DNA from: Balanoglossus misakiensis
Lineage: Eukaryota; Animalia; Hemichordata
Direction of reading: 5' to 3'
DNA length: 64,000 nucleotides
Assembly: GCA_040954595.2 (NCBI GenBank)
Contig: CM082593.2
Span: 6,394,172-6,458,171 of the forward strand
Program-made: the position numbers and the translations under genes
In this document: positions 38,749 through 51,011 of the stretch, piece after piece
How the letters are laid out: each line of letters begins with the position of its first letter
Position numbering within the stretch: position 1 is the first letter of the stretch
The notes under the pieces: model-generated
What the model was told of the DNA's origin: nothing
What the model saw: only the letters and a program-made list of their open reading frames with translations
The model's database searches: none

Positions 38749-40873
38749 GAGGTGAAAACCTGATTTAGTCTGGTGGTCTACCCCCTTTCTAACGCTGTTG
38801 GCGTTACACTCGCGAAGCAAAATTGTGAATGATATATTGTAGTGCGCCAACAGGCGAAGGAACCGTTAATATCAGGGAAAAGGTGATTTGAAAATTGAGG
38901 GCGATGTTGTCGAGAAATTAGCAAACGGTTCCCAACACCGCAAATGCCAAATACTAGTAACTAAAACTGGCTCAACCCATGAATACAATGTGGGATTCAG
39001 CATGTAGGATCATGAAAACGAAACGACATTTTAAATGCGTTTTCGTGAATTTGAATTTCATACTCTTGCATGGTTGACGGACATGCTTAAATCAGAAATG
39101 AAAACCAGTCACACTACACTGTACACATTGTACAAGACTCGCGTTTGTGTATTTTTACTGACTAATTTTAGTGACATCATTGCTTTACCACAGTGCCTCT
39201 GATCCGTAGTCTAGATCCCACTGCTCTTGAAAAATATATTCTCTTTTCGTAATGTTTTTTTTCGGTTGATGGGGAAATTTTCTACACATAAGACATGTTA
39301 AGTTGCATTCAAACCGCCGTTCAAGTTACAGTCAGACGACCGTATGTGACACGGTACTTCAGTAATCGTCGACTGTGTTTAATTAGTTTGGAAAAGAAAG
39401 CGAGCACATGAAAGGCTTGCAGCTTGTCCTGGCCACTCCAATACCCGACTTTATTGTTCTAGCTTGCCTTTCCACACGTATTACGTTAATTTTGTTTCGG
39501 CTAATCCGGTGTAAGCCTCTTCAAGCCGGCATTCATCTTGTCTGGCCGTCTACAGTCCGCGCAACAAAGCAGTACGTCGGTTCATTGTGGCTTCAGAATC
39601 AAATCCCCGTACAGACTGACGGGGCATTTTTTGGTGGACGAGTACTCGCCCTGACAACGTTGCGTTTTCCTTTCTTCGGGTGATCTTTAACCCAGTTCGA
39701 CAGCAGAATTCGCACACCTTGTTCTGTTTGAACACAAAAAACCCACCGCACATGTCGTCGCTCCCCGAGGATTTCCCTCCCTCGCGTGGAACAAGAATCG
39801 CCCCCCTTTCTCCGTTTGCATCGAACGGGGATTTTGTCAAGTCTTTGTCCACAAAGTAAACCAGCTGCCGCGCATGTACAATCACCCTACAACGTAATTT
39901 CGTTTTTTTTTCATTTTTACTTTTTGTTTAGTAATTTCTCTTTTTGCATTTTTCGTAATGCTAAGCCGATTGTTGCCGGCACGTATAGACTCATTTTAGT
40001 TGTGGTCATTTCAAACAAAAATGACGCACCGTTTCAGAAAAGGTAATGAATGTTCTGCACACAAGTGTCTATTTGCCAACCCCTGTGACTAAGACTGAGC
40101 TGCGGGGCTTTTCGCGTTCGTTTTGGGGCATCGGCTATTTTGTTTGGAAATATTTTTTTCTCAAATTCGCTCTTGGGTACGCTGAGTGTTTTTACTCCAA
40201 ACGTGGTTGACGCCCGCCGTGGTTTTAAAAGGTGGAAAGTGAATTGGACAAATAGAAAAAAATAATGCAAATGTATAGGTGGTTTGATGCACGTGGATGT
40301 TTATATAAACGAATCGCATGCGTACTTATACATACATACAGAAGCTTAATACATGCATAGTATATGTATAAAACATTAACAAAAATTGTTTTAAATGTTC
40401 TCTTCTAAGAGTACTCGACTTTAGCCCTGTTTGAGTTTGTGTTGTAAATCTAGCATCGCCTTCAATGTGATGTGTTGTAAGCTTCTGGATTTCGAAGATT
40501 AATACCGTTATTTTAAAATCCTTTTAAATAATTCATTAATGTGGGTTGTGGGGCGTAAAATCAGTAAATCTTCGAGCGCTGTTAAAAGAAAACACTGTGT
40601 CTATTTCACCGTGAAATCGAGCTGTAGAATGGAGAGGATTCTGCCACACCGAAAGTGCCACTCAGTAAACACTCGTAAGTTTATTTTACTTTCAGCATCG
40701 CCGACCACCTGTAGGGCGAAATTCACACGTTGTGTTTTTCGAATACTCTTTTGTTATTCCGATTCTCTGGTCGGATTTGCACGAAATACGTCCACAGGTA
40801 AAACATCGCCAGAAACGCGAGTCTTTTTTATTGTTGTACTTTTCTTTAATTGTCCCTGGAGGGAGGGAGGGAG

Positions 40874-40874
40874 T

Positions 40875-40906
<32 letters not shown>

Positions 40907-40953
40907 GACAGACAGACAGAGACAGACAGACAGACAGACAGAGACAGACAGAC
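40874..40953. repeat. Compound (GA)n/(GACA)n microsatellite
   Basis: Directly visible in the sequence. Confidence 0.95.
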
Positions 40954-41997
40954 AAAATATAGGTAAGGACGAACAGAGACAGACAAGCAGATAGAGACAG
41001 CAAAAGAGTGAAAAGCGTACAGAGCTTCCCTCAACAGAATTAGTTAAACACGCCATTTTGATATCGACTTTACCAGTCTTCTGTGCCAGATTCGTGTTAC
41101 GACTCGAAGTGGCTGTAAATATCGTTTTCTTTTTGTGGTAGTTTTGATCGTTTCCGCTTCCGTAGAAACCCATTTGGATTGATTTTGTGGCTTTTCAAAG
41201 TACTTCTAGTTTTCAATAGCGCGGACTGAGTGTCATGTAATATCCGTACTCCTTCCATTCTGCGGCATTTTACACTCCAACGACCGCGCCCCACAAAGAT
41301 TGTCATCGCCACCGAGCCGCAAATTTCAAACAAATCATCGCCAATCGGACGCGCTTTTCCGGTGTATTTTACTTTCTGTAAATGCTCCCAAACTGGGAGA
41401 CTGTGAGCATTTGGAAAATTAAAGCTATTTCGAAAATTGTCCCATCAAAGAAATTTCGTCGTTAACGCGCTTGTAGCGTTTCAGCGTGCAGGCTAACATA
41501 ATGGTGGTCCGAAACTTGCGCGGTGGATGAAACGCTTCAGTGCGCAATCTCAATGAACGCCCATGCTAAATCGGCATATTTTGGTACTTTGCTTGAAACG
41601 ATATCGTCATTAAAACGCCGAAGTCACGAGAAAAAAAAATGAAAAATAAATTTCAGAGATGACGAAGACTGTCGAGTGAGTGAAATAAATAGGTGAGACG
41701 GCTATGCTCTGGCTGTTTCCAATCAACATTTGCTCTGCGGCAGCGTTGTTACTTTTTTCTTCAACTATCTATCTGTGGTGCAACCATGAGATGAGATCGG
41801 CTGAAGTCGAAACTGCCCGGGAATTTCCGAACACGACAGTAGATAGGGAAAACATCAGTCCAGTCCACTTAACTCTGTTCTCTGCATGCGTTCTTGCATT
41901 CCTGCCTGTCTATCTTCGTCTCCCTCCCTGTCTGCTTGTGTCCCCCTCCCCCCTCTCTCTCCCGCCAGGCCCACTTTTCCTCTATTCTTTGTTTTCT

Positions 41998-42001
<4 letters not shown>

Positions 42002-42076
<75 letters not shown>
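42002..42076. repeat. (CT)n microsatellite, about 37 units
   Basis: Directly visible in the sequence. Confidence 0.97.
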
Positions 42077-42078
<2 letters not shown>

Positions 42079-45000
42079 CTCTCTCCTACCCCAACCTCTG
42101 CCATGCCCCAGTCTCATGGCCCCAGTTATTTTTCACTCGCGTTAAAATACTCTTTTTCCATCGCATTACGTCACCACCTGTTAACGTCGTTGGCAATGGT
42201 CAATTGAGTGATGCCCAGTTCCAATATTTGCACGGGTTGGCCCACAACAATACACACTTTCTGTATAAAAAAGATGATTAATAGTTTCGTTCTGTTAATC
42301 TCAGTCAAGTTTGCTCTTCTCAACATATCAACATTTGCTTGCATTGTTCCCGGCCCTGTCAATCAAACCGTCGCCTGAATACGCCGGCATGCAGAGATTC
42401 TAGCAACTATGTCGCACCGAGATGTCGATATCCGGCCATCGCATGCATGCCCGTGGAACCAATTCACCACCAAAAGCGGGCCTTCCACTCATTAGGATGT
42501 CAAATTCGGGCAGCTGCTGTCGCCATGGCGACCCATTCAGCGATCTGTCAGCAGCGCGATCGCCCCTGCCCGTCGCTCCCCCAGCACGCGGAAAGCCAAT
42601 GCGAGTTTATCACGTAACCGCTAAAACGTGTACAAACACGGCGCGCGTTGTCCGGGAATTGCTTGTTTGCGTGCTACCGTCTTCAGTTTGGAGAGCACAC
42701 ACGGAAAGCACACACGTTATGCCACGAACAATGCTGATATCCGTCAATAGTACTTTAACTCTGCCGGATTAATCCAGTGATCTGGGCTTCCATTAACACT
42801 TCTCATGCAGTACTCTCGATGCCATTGACACCTGTATTACGTCCATAGTTACAAACTGTCAGCCAGACCCATTGTTTCCCACGCTACTCCAGCTTATGTT
42901 ATTCAGAAAAAAAAGTTACAAATACAAGAAAACTCTTCCCGAACAAAATCTAATGTCGATTTTAAGAACTTGCAAAACAGAAATCACTATATTTCTCCAG
43001 TCAGAGTCTCCCAGGTTACGCAGGCATACTTAGAAAAAGCCAGTTTTAGGTATTTTGTGATTTAATCGTATTTGTTACGTGGCTGGTTTATTCTTTGACT
43101 TAAAATCGCCCACAACACCAGAGAAAAAACAATGTTTGTACACGTCTTTGTATTTCTTAGTCCTTATTAGCCAACAGTGTCATTCCCTGGCAATGATGTC
43201 AGATGTTGTCAAGCGCAAACACGAGGATGGCCATTTAAACAACTATTATAATTACATCAAGGGAGAATTTCTATAAAAGCCAGCGAGAGAAATCGAAGAA
43301 AGCGATTGTATTGCGCCGTAATTTACCTTAAGTATGCAAATACAGGCAGAACTGACGTCGAAATGCGCGCTGCGTCAATTGATATGAAATATGATCACGT
43401 CTAAAGGGTTTCGGGTAGTGAAATTTACATTGCAACTTTTAATGTACATTTCAATCGATTCCCCTACACCTTTTCGACGGTTAATCCGATTTCGAATAAA
43501 CTAGCCAGGGGGTATTTAGTTTATTCGCTTTTTTCTGAGGGTGGGTCTATCTAAGTTAATTTGAGGAAGAGTATATAGACATAAAAGACACATTACCAAC
43601 GTGTACACACACCTGCAAAGAGATGAGACCGATGTATATTACATGAGAGACGTTTTTAATCTCTCCCGTGGGGTACCACGGTTGAGATGTGCCTTTAGTT
43701 TATAACCAGAAGAAAATGCCTTGAAATTAAGAGAAAGATCGTGAGAATAGGTTCTGGCTTATGCTTTGGACTATTCTGCGAGAATGGCAGATTTTTTTCC
43801 TCCTAAAAAGGTGTTATGATACTTCCTGTCATGTGGTTTCTGGTCGTGTGATTGTTTTACTCAATGCTGTTCCCTGGCCTTCCCGGCGTCCATACCTCCA
43901 CGTATGTGTATCTGTGTGTCCCGCCGAGAAACTCGACTGTACGGTAGCCAAGTTTGTAAGCAACAACCACAATGCCATTGTTACAGACAGTGCCCAATAA
44001 TCGCCGAAGTTCAAATGGAACACTCAAACATTGACTTTACTGGATCAAGTAAAACCACCTATTTCTGCAAACCACGCACACACTTAGCCACGTTAACACA
44101 TCCACGAGCTCATTACACGCCTGCCAATGTTTCCGCTGTACAAATAATACGCAGGAAATTAAATTATTCGTCAATCACAGTTGGGGAGACGTGCTGGATC
44201 TGAGAAAAGCTAAATAAACCCTCTTAAAAATTAATAATTTTTAATGCGATAATGGTTTCTTAATAGACTTGTGCAATTAACTGTAATGTGCGTGACGTCT
44301 AGTTTGTTTTCTAATTTTCGTTTTTGGCAACGATGTGGATTTTTGTTCATACGTCGCGACAGAACGAATTTAAATGACAGACAGTTTAAGATACTTGATT
44401 TGTAATAGATGTATTGATACATCGATGGTCCCAGCCTTCCTGTGTCCGTCCGCCTGTCGCTCTGTATTCCCCTGTCTGTCTCGATATTTCTCTACCTCAG
44501 TGCCTCGGTATTTCTCTCCCCGTCTGTCTCCCTGTTTTCTTCGTATAATTTGTTTCGCTGCATTTTAACCCCGCTACATTTATCTCACTAAAGTAGTCAC
44601 TGCTGTGCGTATATAAATAAATTAGATAATTATAAGAAACATATATAAAACCTACCCCAATCAATTTAATTACAGGAGGTCTTTCCAAAGTTGTATTATA
44701 CACGAAATAGGTCGGACCTGTTTATCCTTACCGCTTGGTATACTTAATATCTGATCACGGTATTTGCAATTACAAATTAAATTGTTGGAGTAAAACTGTA
44801 TATGCTTGTAGTAAGCTTTATTTAATAAGACAATTCACCTCGTTTATGTGTAATTATCTATCCTGTTATTGAGAAACAGTCACTTCTCAGTGCAATGTAT
44901 TGGTCTTAAGTGTTTCGCGACACAGAAACGTAATGATATGATTATTTCCGCACTCGAAGCAAAAGCATTGGAGTGCCATCCTAGGTTTTATAGTTAAAGA

Positions 45001-47426
45001 TTATTGATTGTGATTTACTCCGCCAGAGTACTAATTCAGTGTTGGGTAGTATTATTCTAACATTTGCCCTCGGGAGTTTTGAAAAGTTTAGTTTCGCTAA
45101 CTTGGGCGCGTGATATCATAATTAAATAGTGTCACCATCTCTCCGTGTCGTTTTATATCACCCCGGGTCTTTGTATGAGTGTTCTGGTCATATTATCTGT
45201 CAGAAAGATATAGTAGTAAACTTCGTTTGTCGAATTTTGGCTCTATGGATGGGAAGATAGCGTAGAGCGCATGCGCAATTTGCTCCGTCGTTTACCACTG
45301 CATAATATCCACTGCGTAGATGGGTTTAATGAGTCATGTAATGCGCGGCTTTGCGAGCGGATATTGTAACACATTAAAGTCCCAGCATTGAGGGTAATAC
45401 GGTAGCAACTGGGCTGGGGAGGTTTTAGAAGTATTTCAGATTTACAGAGCTCTCGAACGACCGCGGTGCGGGAGGAAGGCGATCAAAGAAAAGCGGGTCA
45501 GAGGCCGGTTGGCCACAGTGCGATGATAACTGCATCTCTCTACGCGCGCATGTGCAGGACTAGTATAGGACAACCGGGGCGAATTGATAAAAATGACCGT
45601 GTTGTGGGGTATGAAAATTCAGAGCAATGTCTCGTGGGATTCAGTCTGTTGGTGACAGAATATAGCATTGCTCTACGGTAACTTATTTCCCTTAGTAGTA
45701 GAAAGTTTTAAAATTAGTTAACACATTTTCACAGGATTAAAACGCGTCTTCTGTTAAGCTTAGTGGAGGAGGACTCCAGGGGCTGAAGGGTGGCGATTCT
45801 GCACTAGTATTCCATCCGTCGGCAAACAACAAAAACACTTCAGAGAAAAAGTGCGGTATAAATGATTAATACATTGTAAAACGACAGACAAATTTGTTCA
45901 TATATAAGTAGATTTTAACATCGAAAGTCGATCAGTTTACAGCGATTTCACCATCTAATTACACTAAAAATACAATATATTCATGTTGGTCATACAAGAA
46001 CAACGAAGAATTCTTTGAACGCTGATGTCAATTTCCATGGATATCGCATGTATTTGTATCGTTTGCGTGACGTACGAGGAGATTGATTAATAAAATTTGT
46101 GGTTGAAAGCGATCCACGACAAAAACAGAATTATTTTGACAATTGCAGATTATATTGGCAGGAACTTTCCTATTACAAGCTAGTTTTGGGACATTATATT
46201 ACGGTGTGGGCAAAACCGCGCTTATTATTTACTAGCTGACCAGGGGCTGGTAACTTAGTTAAAAATATGCACGAATGTGAGCACGTGCCCCCTGACGTCG
46301 TTAATATCCAAATTAGTTAGGTCAAAGGTCAAAATACTACGGCCTTTCAGTACGTGACCTCAAAACCGAACGTGGTTCATATCCATTTATTAAGAGTGGG
46401 AGGAAAGGTAAGCCGTGAAGGTTTGTGTTTTCGAATATGGTCGATATCTCTGTAGATTTCAGCAAACACCTTCCACCCCTGAAAACAATCGTCGTGTCTT
46501 CAGACAGACTCTTTTGAGCGCGACGCCCACCCACAAGAACGATGCGCCATCGGTCACGTTGAGTGGACGTTCTCTGTTAACGGGTCAAAGTTAACTGCTT
46601 CACGTGGCCTGCGAAGAAAGCCTTAGGTATTTTTGTGTACAATACAAAATCCCAGTGAACGAAATCAGTGGATCTTTAGCGTTCGTTCGAGTTACTGTGG
46701 TTACAAGAGGCACACCCAGGCCGGCGTATACTTTGTGTGGTGGGCGTGTTCTGCTATGGCCGAGTTAGAGGTGGCATATAGCCATAGCTGGACAGGGGGC
46801 GTACACACTATCGTGCATTTTTCCAACTGTATAGTTACAAGCCCCTGGTCGGACGTTCAGAGCGAAGTGTTCTGCTCAATAAAGACCCACACAACTGGCC
46901 ACTAGATACGGGTGCCCCATCTATATGCATCATCATTTTGTGTGTGATATTTAATAGTGTCTGACTAATTTGAGCTAACAAATTCCAAGTTTGGGCAATT
47001 TTTCGACGTCACAACTAATAATTCCGAATACATTTCTTTTCTTTTCTTTAAAAGGTTTGTCCGACTGCAGTTGCGGAGGCCGGCCCTACAAGCATAAGTC
47101 TTTTCTCCTTCAAGCATGGAATTTCAACGGACGAAGTTTGAACTGGCGACCCTGGGACTACACTTCAGGTAAACTTTAATGAAGCATTCGTTGTATCATA
47201 GTGATAAGACTTGGCTGATATGGTAGCCGGGTTGGCTTGACGTGTCATCCACGTGACTTCAACACTTGGTTCAATAATGTGTACAAGACAACACGAACGC
47301 AAAGCTCGGGTGTAATATTCGTGATGTCACATTTTAATATATTTATCAATTAATCAAGTAACAGAGACGTTGCGAAATAATTGGGATCTAAAGCTAATAT
47401 CCATAAAGTTGATCAAATAATGTTCA

Positions 47427-47821
47427 CTATACTGCAGCCATGTCTGCCTCAAATCTTGCTTCACCGGGTTGTCCATTGGTCGCAGTGTGTTGCTTTGCGC
47501 GCATACGTAAACTGTCAATGCTGCTGATTTGCATGGAATTCGAGGCGGGCGGCGAAAGCGGCAGTGACGGTGATTGGCTGGCTGGGTGATTCCATCCAGG
47601 TTGCAGGGCCAAAGGTGGTAGTATTCCCTGGGGGAACTGCAGGTGTAGCGGCCCTGGCCCTGGAACGTGTAACGAGTGTCTGAACAGTGACATGTAGGCT
47701 GGGTGTCCGGCGCACGCGATTGGCAGATGAGTCGAATACGGAAGGATGTTAAAATGTGGTGACGTCATTGGAGTTGTGTCGGCCGGTCGGAACGAACGAG
47801 GAGGTGATCGCGATGTTCGAA
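47427..47821 (-). CDS. Dmbx: Dmbx homeobox protein, last exon with OAR motif
   Basis: Acceptor tttttactgcag| in phase 1. OAR motif ISSIDSLRMRAKQH and a TAG stop at 47427-47429. Confidence 0.9.
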
Positions 47822-48011
47822 CTGCAGTAAAAAGGAGAATGGAATACATTATTATAATTGCGGCTGTAACCTGGATCTTAAAACACAGGAACTTGTTGAA
47901 AATCCTTGAGTCAAAACTAAGCTTTCATTTCATTTCTTCTGACGGATTCTTGTGATTTTCCGAAACATTTTTGCCGCATACCTTTCGTACAGGATAATGT
48001 TTACTACTCAC

Positions 48012-48462
48012 CCTTGATTTCTTGAAGTTCCTCGACGGGCTTATTCGTCTTTTGGTTTACTTCGCCGACGCCATTTTCTTCCTCTTCTCTGATGCGTGCG
48101 GCGTTGTTCTTACTATCCTGTTTTGGCATCGTTGTCACATCAATGAGTTGATCATTGGTATCAACAGCTACTGCCGAGTCACCACATTTATTTTCGTCAC
48201 CAAGGCAACGTCTGCAGTTGTCGCCCTTTTCTTCGGTCTCCGCGTCGCTTCCATCTGAACGACGTCCGCCATTGCATCCCGGTGAAGTCTCTCTTGTTGT
48301 CTGCCCGAGTTCTTTCCCGTCATTCTCCGCGTCTTCGGACGTTTCAGTCACGGCCCCGGATGTTGTCGGTCGAGAGACACCGCTCTCCGCTTTTCCGTTT
48401 CCTTCCTTGACCTTGACGCGTTGCTGCTTGCGAAACTTGGCCCTCCGATTTTTGAACCAGAC
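48012..48462 (-). CDS. Dmbx: Dmbx exon 4: homeodomain helix 3 and acidic low-complexity linker
   Basis: ctcgcag|VWFKNRRAKFRKQQR (K50). Open for 451 nt to the donor AAG G|gtgagt. Confidence 0.93.
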
Positions 48463-48984
48463 CTGCGAGGATTAGCATGGTGAAATACATATAGTATCAA
48501 CGTGTATAGTAGCAAACCTGATTTCTTAGACCTGGCTAGAAAACATCCCCATACATAAGTTTTGATCCGTGTATTCTGATTGTGACTGTATATTCTTGGT
48601 ATTCAGAAATTTGACGTTAAACAGGGGCCTGTGTTACGATTGTACTACGAATGCATAGAATTTAAATATCAGTGGTGGATGAACAATAAGGGTGTACGTC
48701 ATTAACATAGCGTTAGCTGTAGTAGCCGTACACCTGGGTATTTTGAATATTACGTAAGGGTTTTTTGATTTTTGACTCTCGGCAACGGCAGTCAAGGGGC
48801 GTGAGCCGAACAGAAAACAGACAAGTAGGACTCGGCCATGAGCGACGGGACTGGTATCTTGTAATCCACGTGGGAGCTCGGTGTTGAAGTTCAGCACGTC
48901 ATTGTTGTTGCTGTCTGGGTGTTTGTGTTGCGAGTTTTTGGTTCGTAACACCTGTGATAATTGTCCAAAATATTACATCATTAC

Positions 48985-49163
48985 CTGGACTCTTGCCTCC
49001 GGCAGATTGGTACACATGGCGAGTCGTTCCCTCATCACGACATCCGGGTAGTGCGTCTTCGCAAATGTCTTCTCCAAAGTTGCCAGTTGCTGATTGGTGA
49101 ATGCTGTGCGACTGCGCCGTTGCTTCCGATGGTGCCCACCATAACGAGCTTCCAGAATGATAT
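48985..49163 (-). CDS. Dmbx: Dmbx exon 3: homeodomain N-terminal part
   Basis: [60 protein letters not shown] is nearly identical to vertebrate DMBX1 as I recall it. The intron falls at the PRD-class position 46/47. Confidence 0.96.
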
Positions 49164-50226
49164 CTGGCGATGAGAACACACAATCGATCAATTAAAACAC
49201 CCTCACACGAGACTCATTATGATTTAACAGACAAGTCGATTTCCTCGACTGGTCTTAAAGTCGAAATTGGCCGAAACTGCTCGCCGGTTTATAGTGATAA
49301 TCATACAGGCAACGCATGTGTCAGTTGATGCGAGTGCTTTGCTGTCCCGCGGCACTTATTCAGTCAAGAATAAATTCAATTATGAACAAATTAACAACTC
49401 GCAGAGTGCTCTGATTGTGCGTCTAGGACATTTTGTCTCATCTTTCAACTAAATTAATGTCTTTCTTGTTCAAACGTTAGTGTCGTCGGTTATATTATTA
49501 CCAAACATCAATTACTTTCAGAATGGAGATTTTCAGACGCGAAAACGCTGAATGAGCAGGGCTTGGTGGTCGAATGTTTCTATAAAGAAAACGGAAGAAC
49601 TCAAAGATATCACATTATGTTGCTTTGTCGACTGAAAGCCCCTACCGTTGAAATTGTGAAAGCTGGCGTTTTGCACAGACTTTCCATAAGTCGCTTAATA
49701 TCCGGTTAACCGGTTAGGAAAACAGAACGGTAAACAATAGGGGAACGGGCCGGGGGAAGGGTTAATTTAGTCCGGTGTGAGAGTTACAGAACACAATGGA
49801 TTTGACATGTTTCGTTCGCTAAGAGTACACTATACCGTTCATTGACAGAGGGATGTAGCAATTACCTAAAGCAAACAAGGTGTGTGGAACACATTAATTG
49901 ACCGTGCTAAGATTGACGTCTAGTTATTGTGCCAAGGTGATGAATGAATTTATGTTTTCTCGTCCTTTGAACCCATTCTTGAAGTTGAGAACAACAAAAC
50001 CAGACAAAAAGGGTCTTGATTCAATTAACAGGAAACTGGAAAGGCAAACAAAGTTAAGATACTAGGGGAGTGGTATAATCCCGAATCCCGAGTGGTATAA
50101 TCCCGTGAAACGTAAAGCAGACCTTTTAACTTAGTTGAATTCAGATATTTCCTTTTAGAGAGACAGTCATTCATCTATTCATTCATTCAGGTAGTAATAA
50201 TAAAGAGTAATAAATTTAAATTGAAT

Positions 50227-50325
50227 TTCATTCATTCATTCATTCATTCATTCATTCATTCATTCATTCATTCATTCATTCATTCATTCATTCATTCATT
50301 CATTCATTCATTCATTCAGACAGGC

Positions 50326-50362
<37 letters not shown>

Positions 50363-50435
50363 CTGAGATAGACACTGAGACAGATTGACAGGCGAGCAGG
50401 CAGGCAGACCGACAGAGAGAGAGAGAGAGAGAGAG
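50227..50435. repeat. Compound microsatellite (TTCA)23 followed by (GACA)n and (GA)n, in Dmbx intron 2
   Basis: Directly visible in the sequence. Confidence 0.95.
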
Positions 50436-50481
50436 TTATTTTTTAAACAGAACGCCGTAAATTACTCTCTGACGGACTTAC

Positions 50482-50625
50482 CTGCCAGACGTTCTGCCAG
50501 CGTCAAGGCCTGCCCTGAAGGACGAAACTCTGCTGAATTGCGGGCCTGTTGATGTACGTACATGGCTCCCATCGAACCAAGAGTGTGAATGTCGTACCCG
50601 CCGTACGCACCGAACTGCTGCATAC
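50482..50625 (-). CDS. Dmbx: Dmbx exon 2: conserved N-terminal region
   Basis: MQQFGAYGGYDIHTLGSMGAMYVHQQARNSAEFRPSGQALTLAERLA contains the Dmbx-type ALTLAERLA motif. Flanked by tgcag| and G|gtaagt. Too short for the ORF track. Confidence 0.9.
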
Positions 50626-51000
50626 CTGCATTGATATTTTAGAAATGGAATAATAGATTATAGTGTATGTCACATCACATTACACCACACAACACAACAC
50701 CACTTCACCAACTTTTGTTAAAAATTCACAGCAATTTTCTTTACCACAGGAAAATGGTTTGACTAGTAAGAGTTTTCTTTAAAACCATCTCTCTTTTCCA
50801 CTTCTAAAATTAATTTTCAACCTGCGATCCTAGCCAATCCCGCTATCAAGTGTACCTTTGCTTCTGTTATTTTGAAGCTCTTATAAAACAGTATTTTTTT
50901 CTCGGAATATTTTCTTTTTCCACTTTTTTCTGGATATTTGATTATGCATAAGCGCACAGCGTTAATTGCCATAGTGTTCCTCCCCGGGCAGCTTTGTGCC

Positions 51001-51011
51001 TAATCGGATTA
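51001..51011 (-). promoter_or_regulatory. P3C homeodomain dimer site TAATCCGATTA in Dmbx intron 1
   Basis: Plus strand TAATCGGATTA is the exact reverse complement of P3C. ACAATG (Sox-like) and CAGGTG (E-box) are adjacent. Confidence 0.55.

Noticed and set aside
40539-42281. Several ORFs of 100-167 aa with SLSL, RERE or RQTD runs
   Set aside because: They are translations of (CT)n and (GACA)n microsatellites.
44735-44760. U2 snRNA-like string TTAATATCTGAT
   Set aside because: Only about 12 nt match and the rest of U2 is absent.
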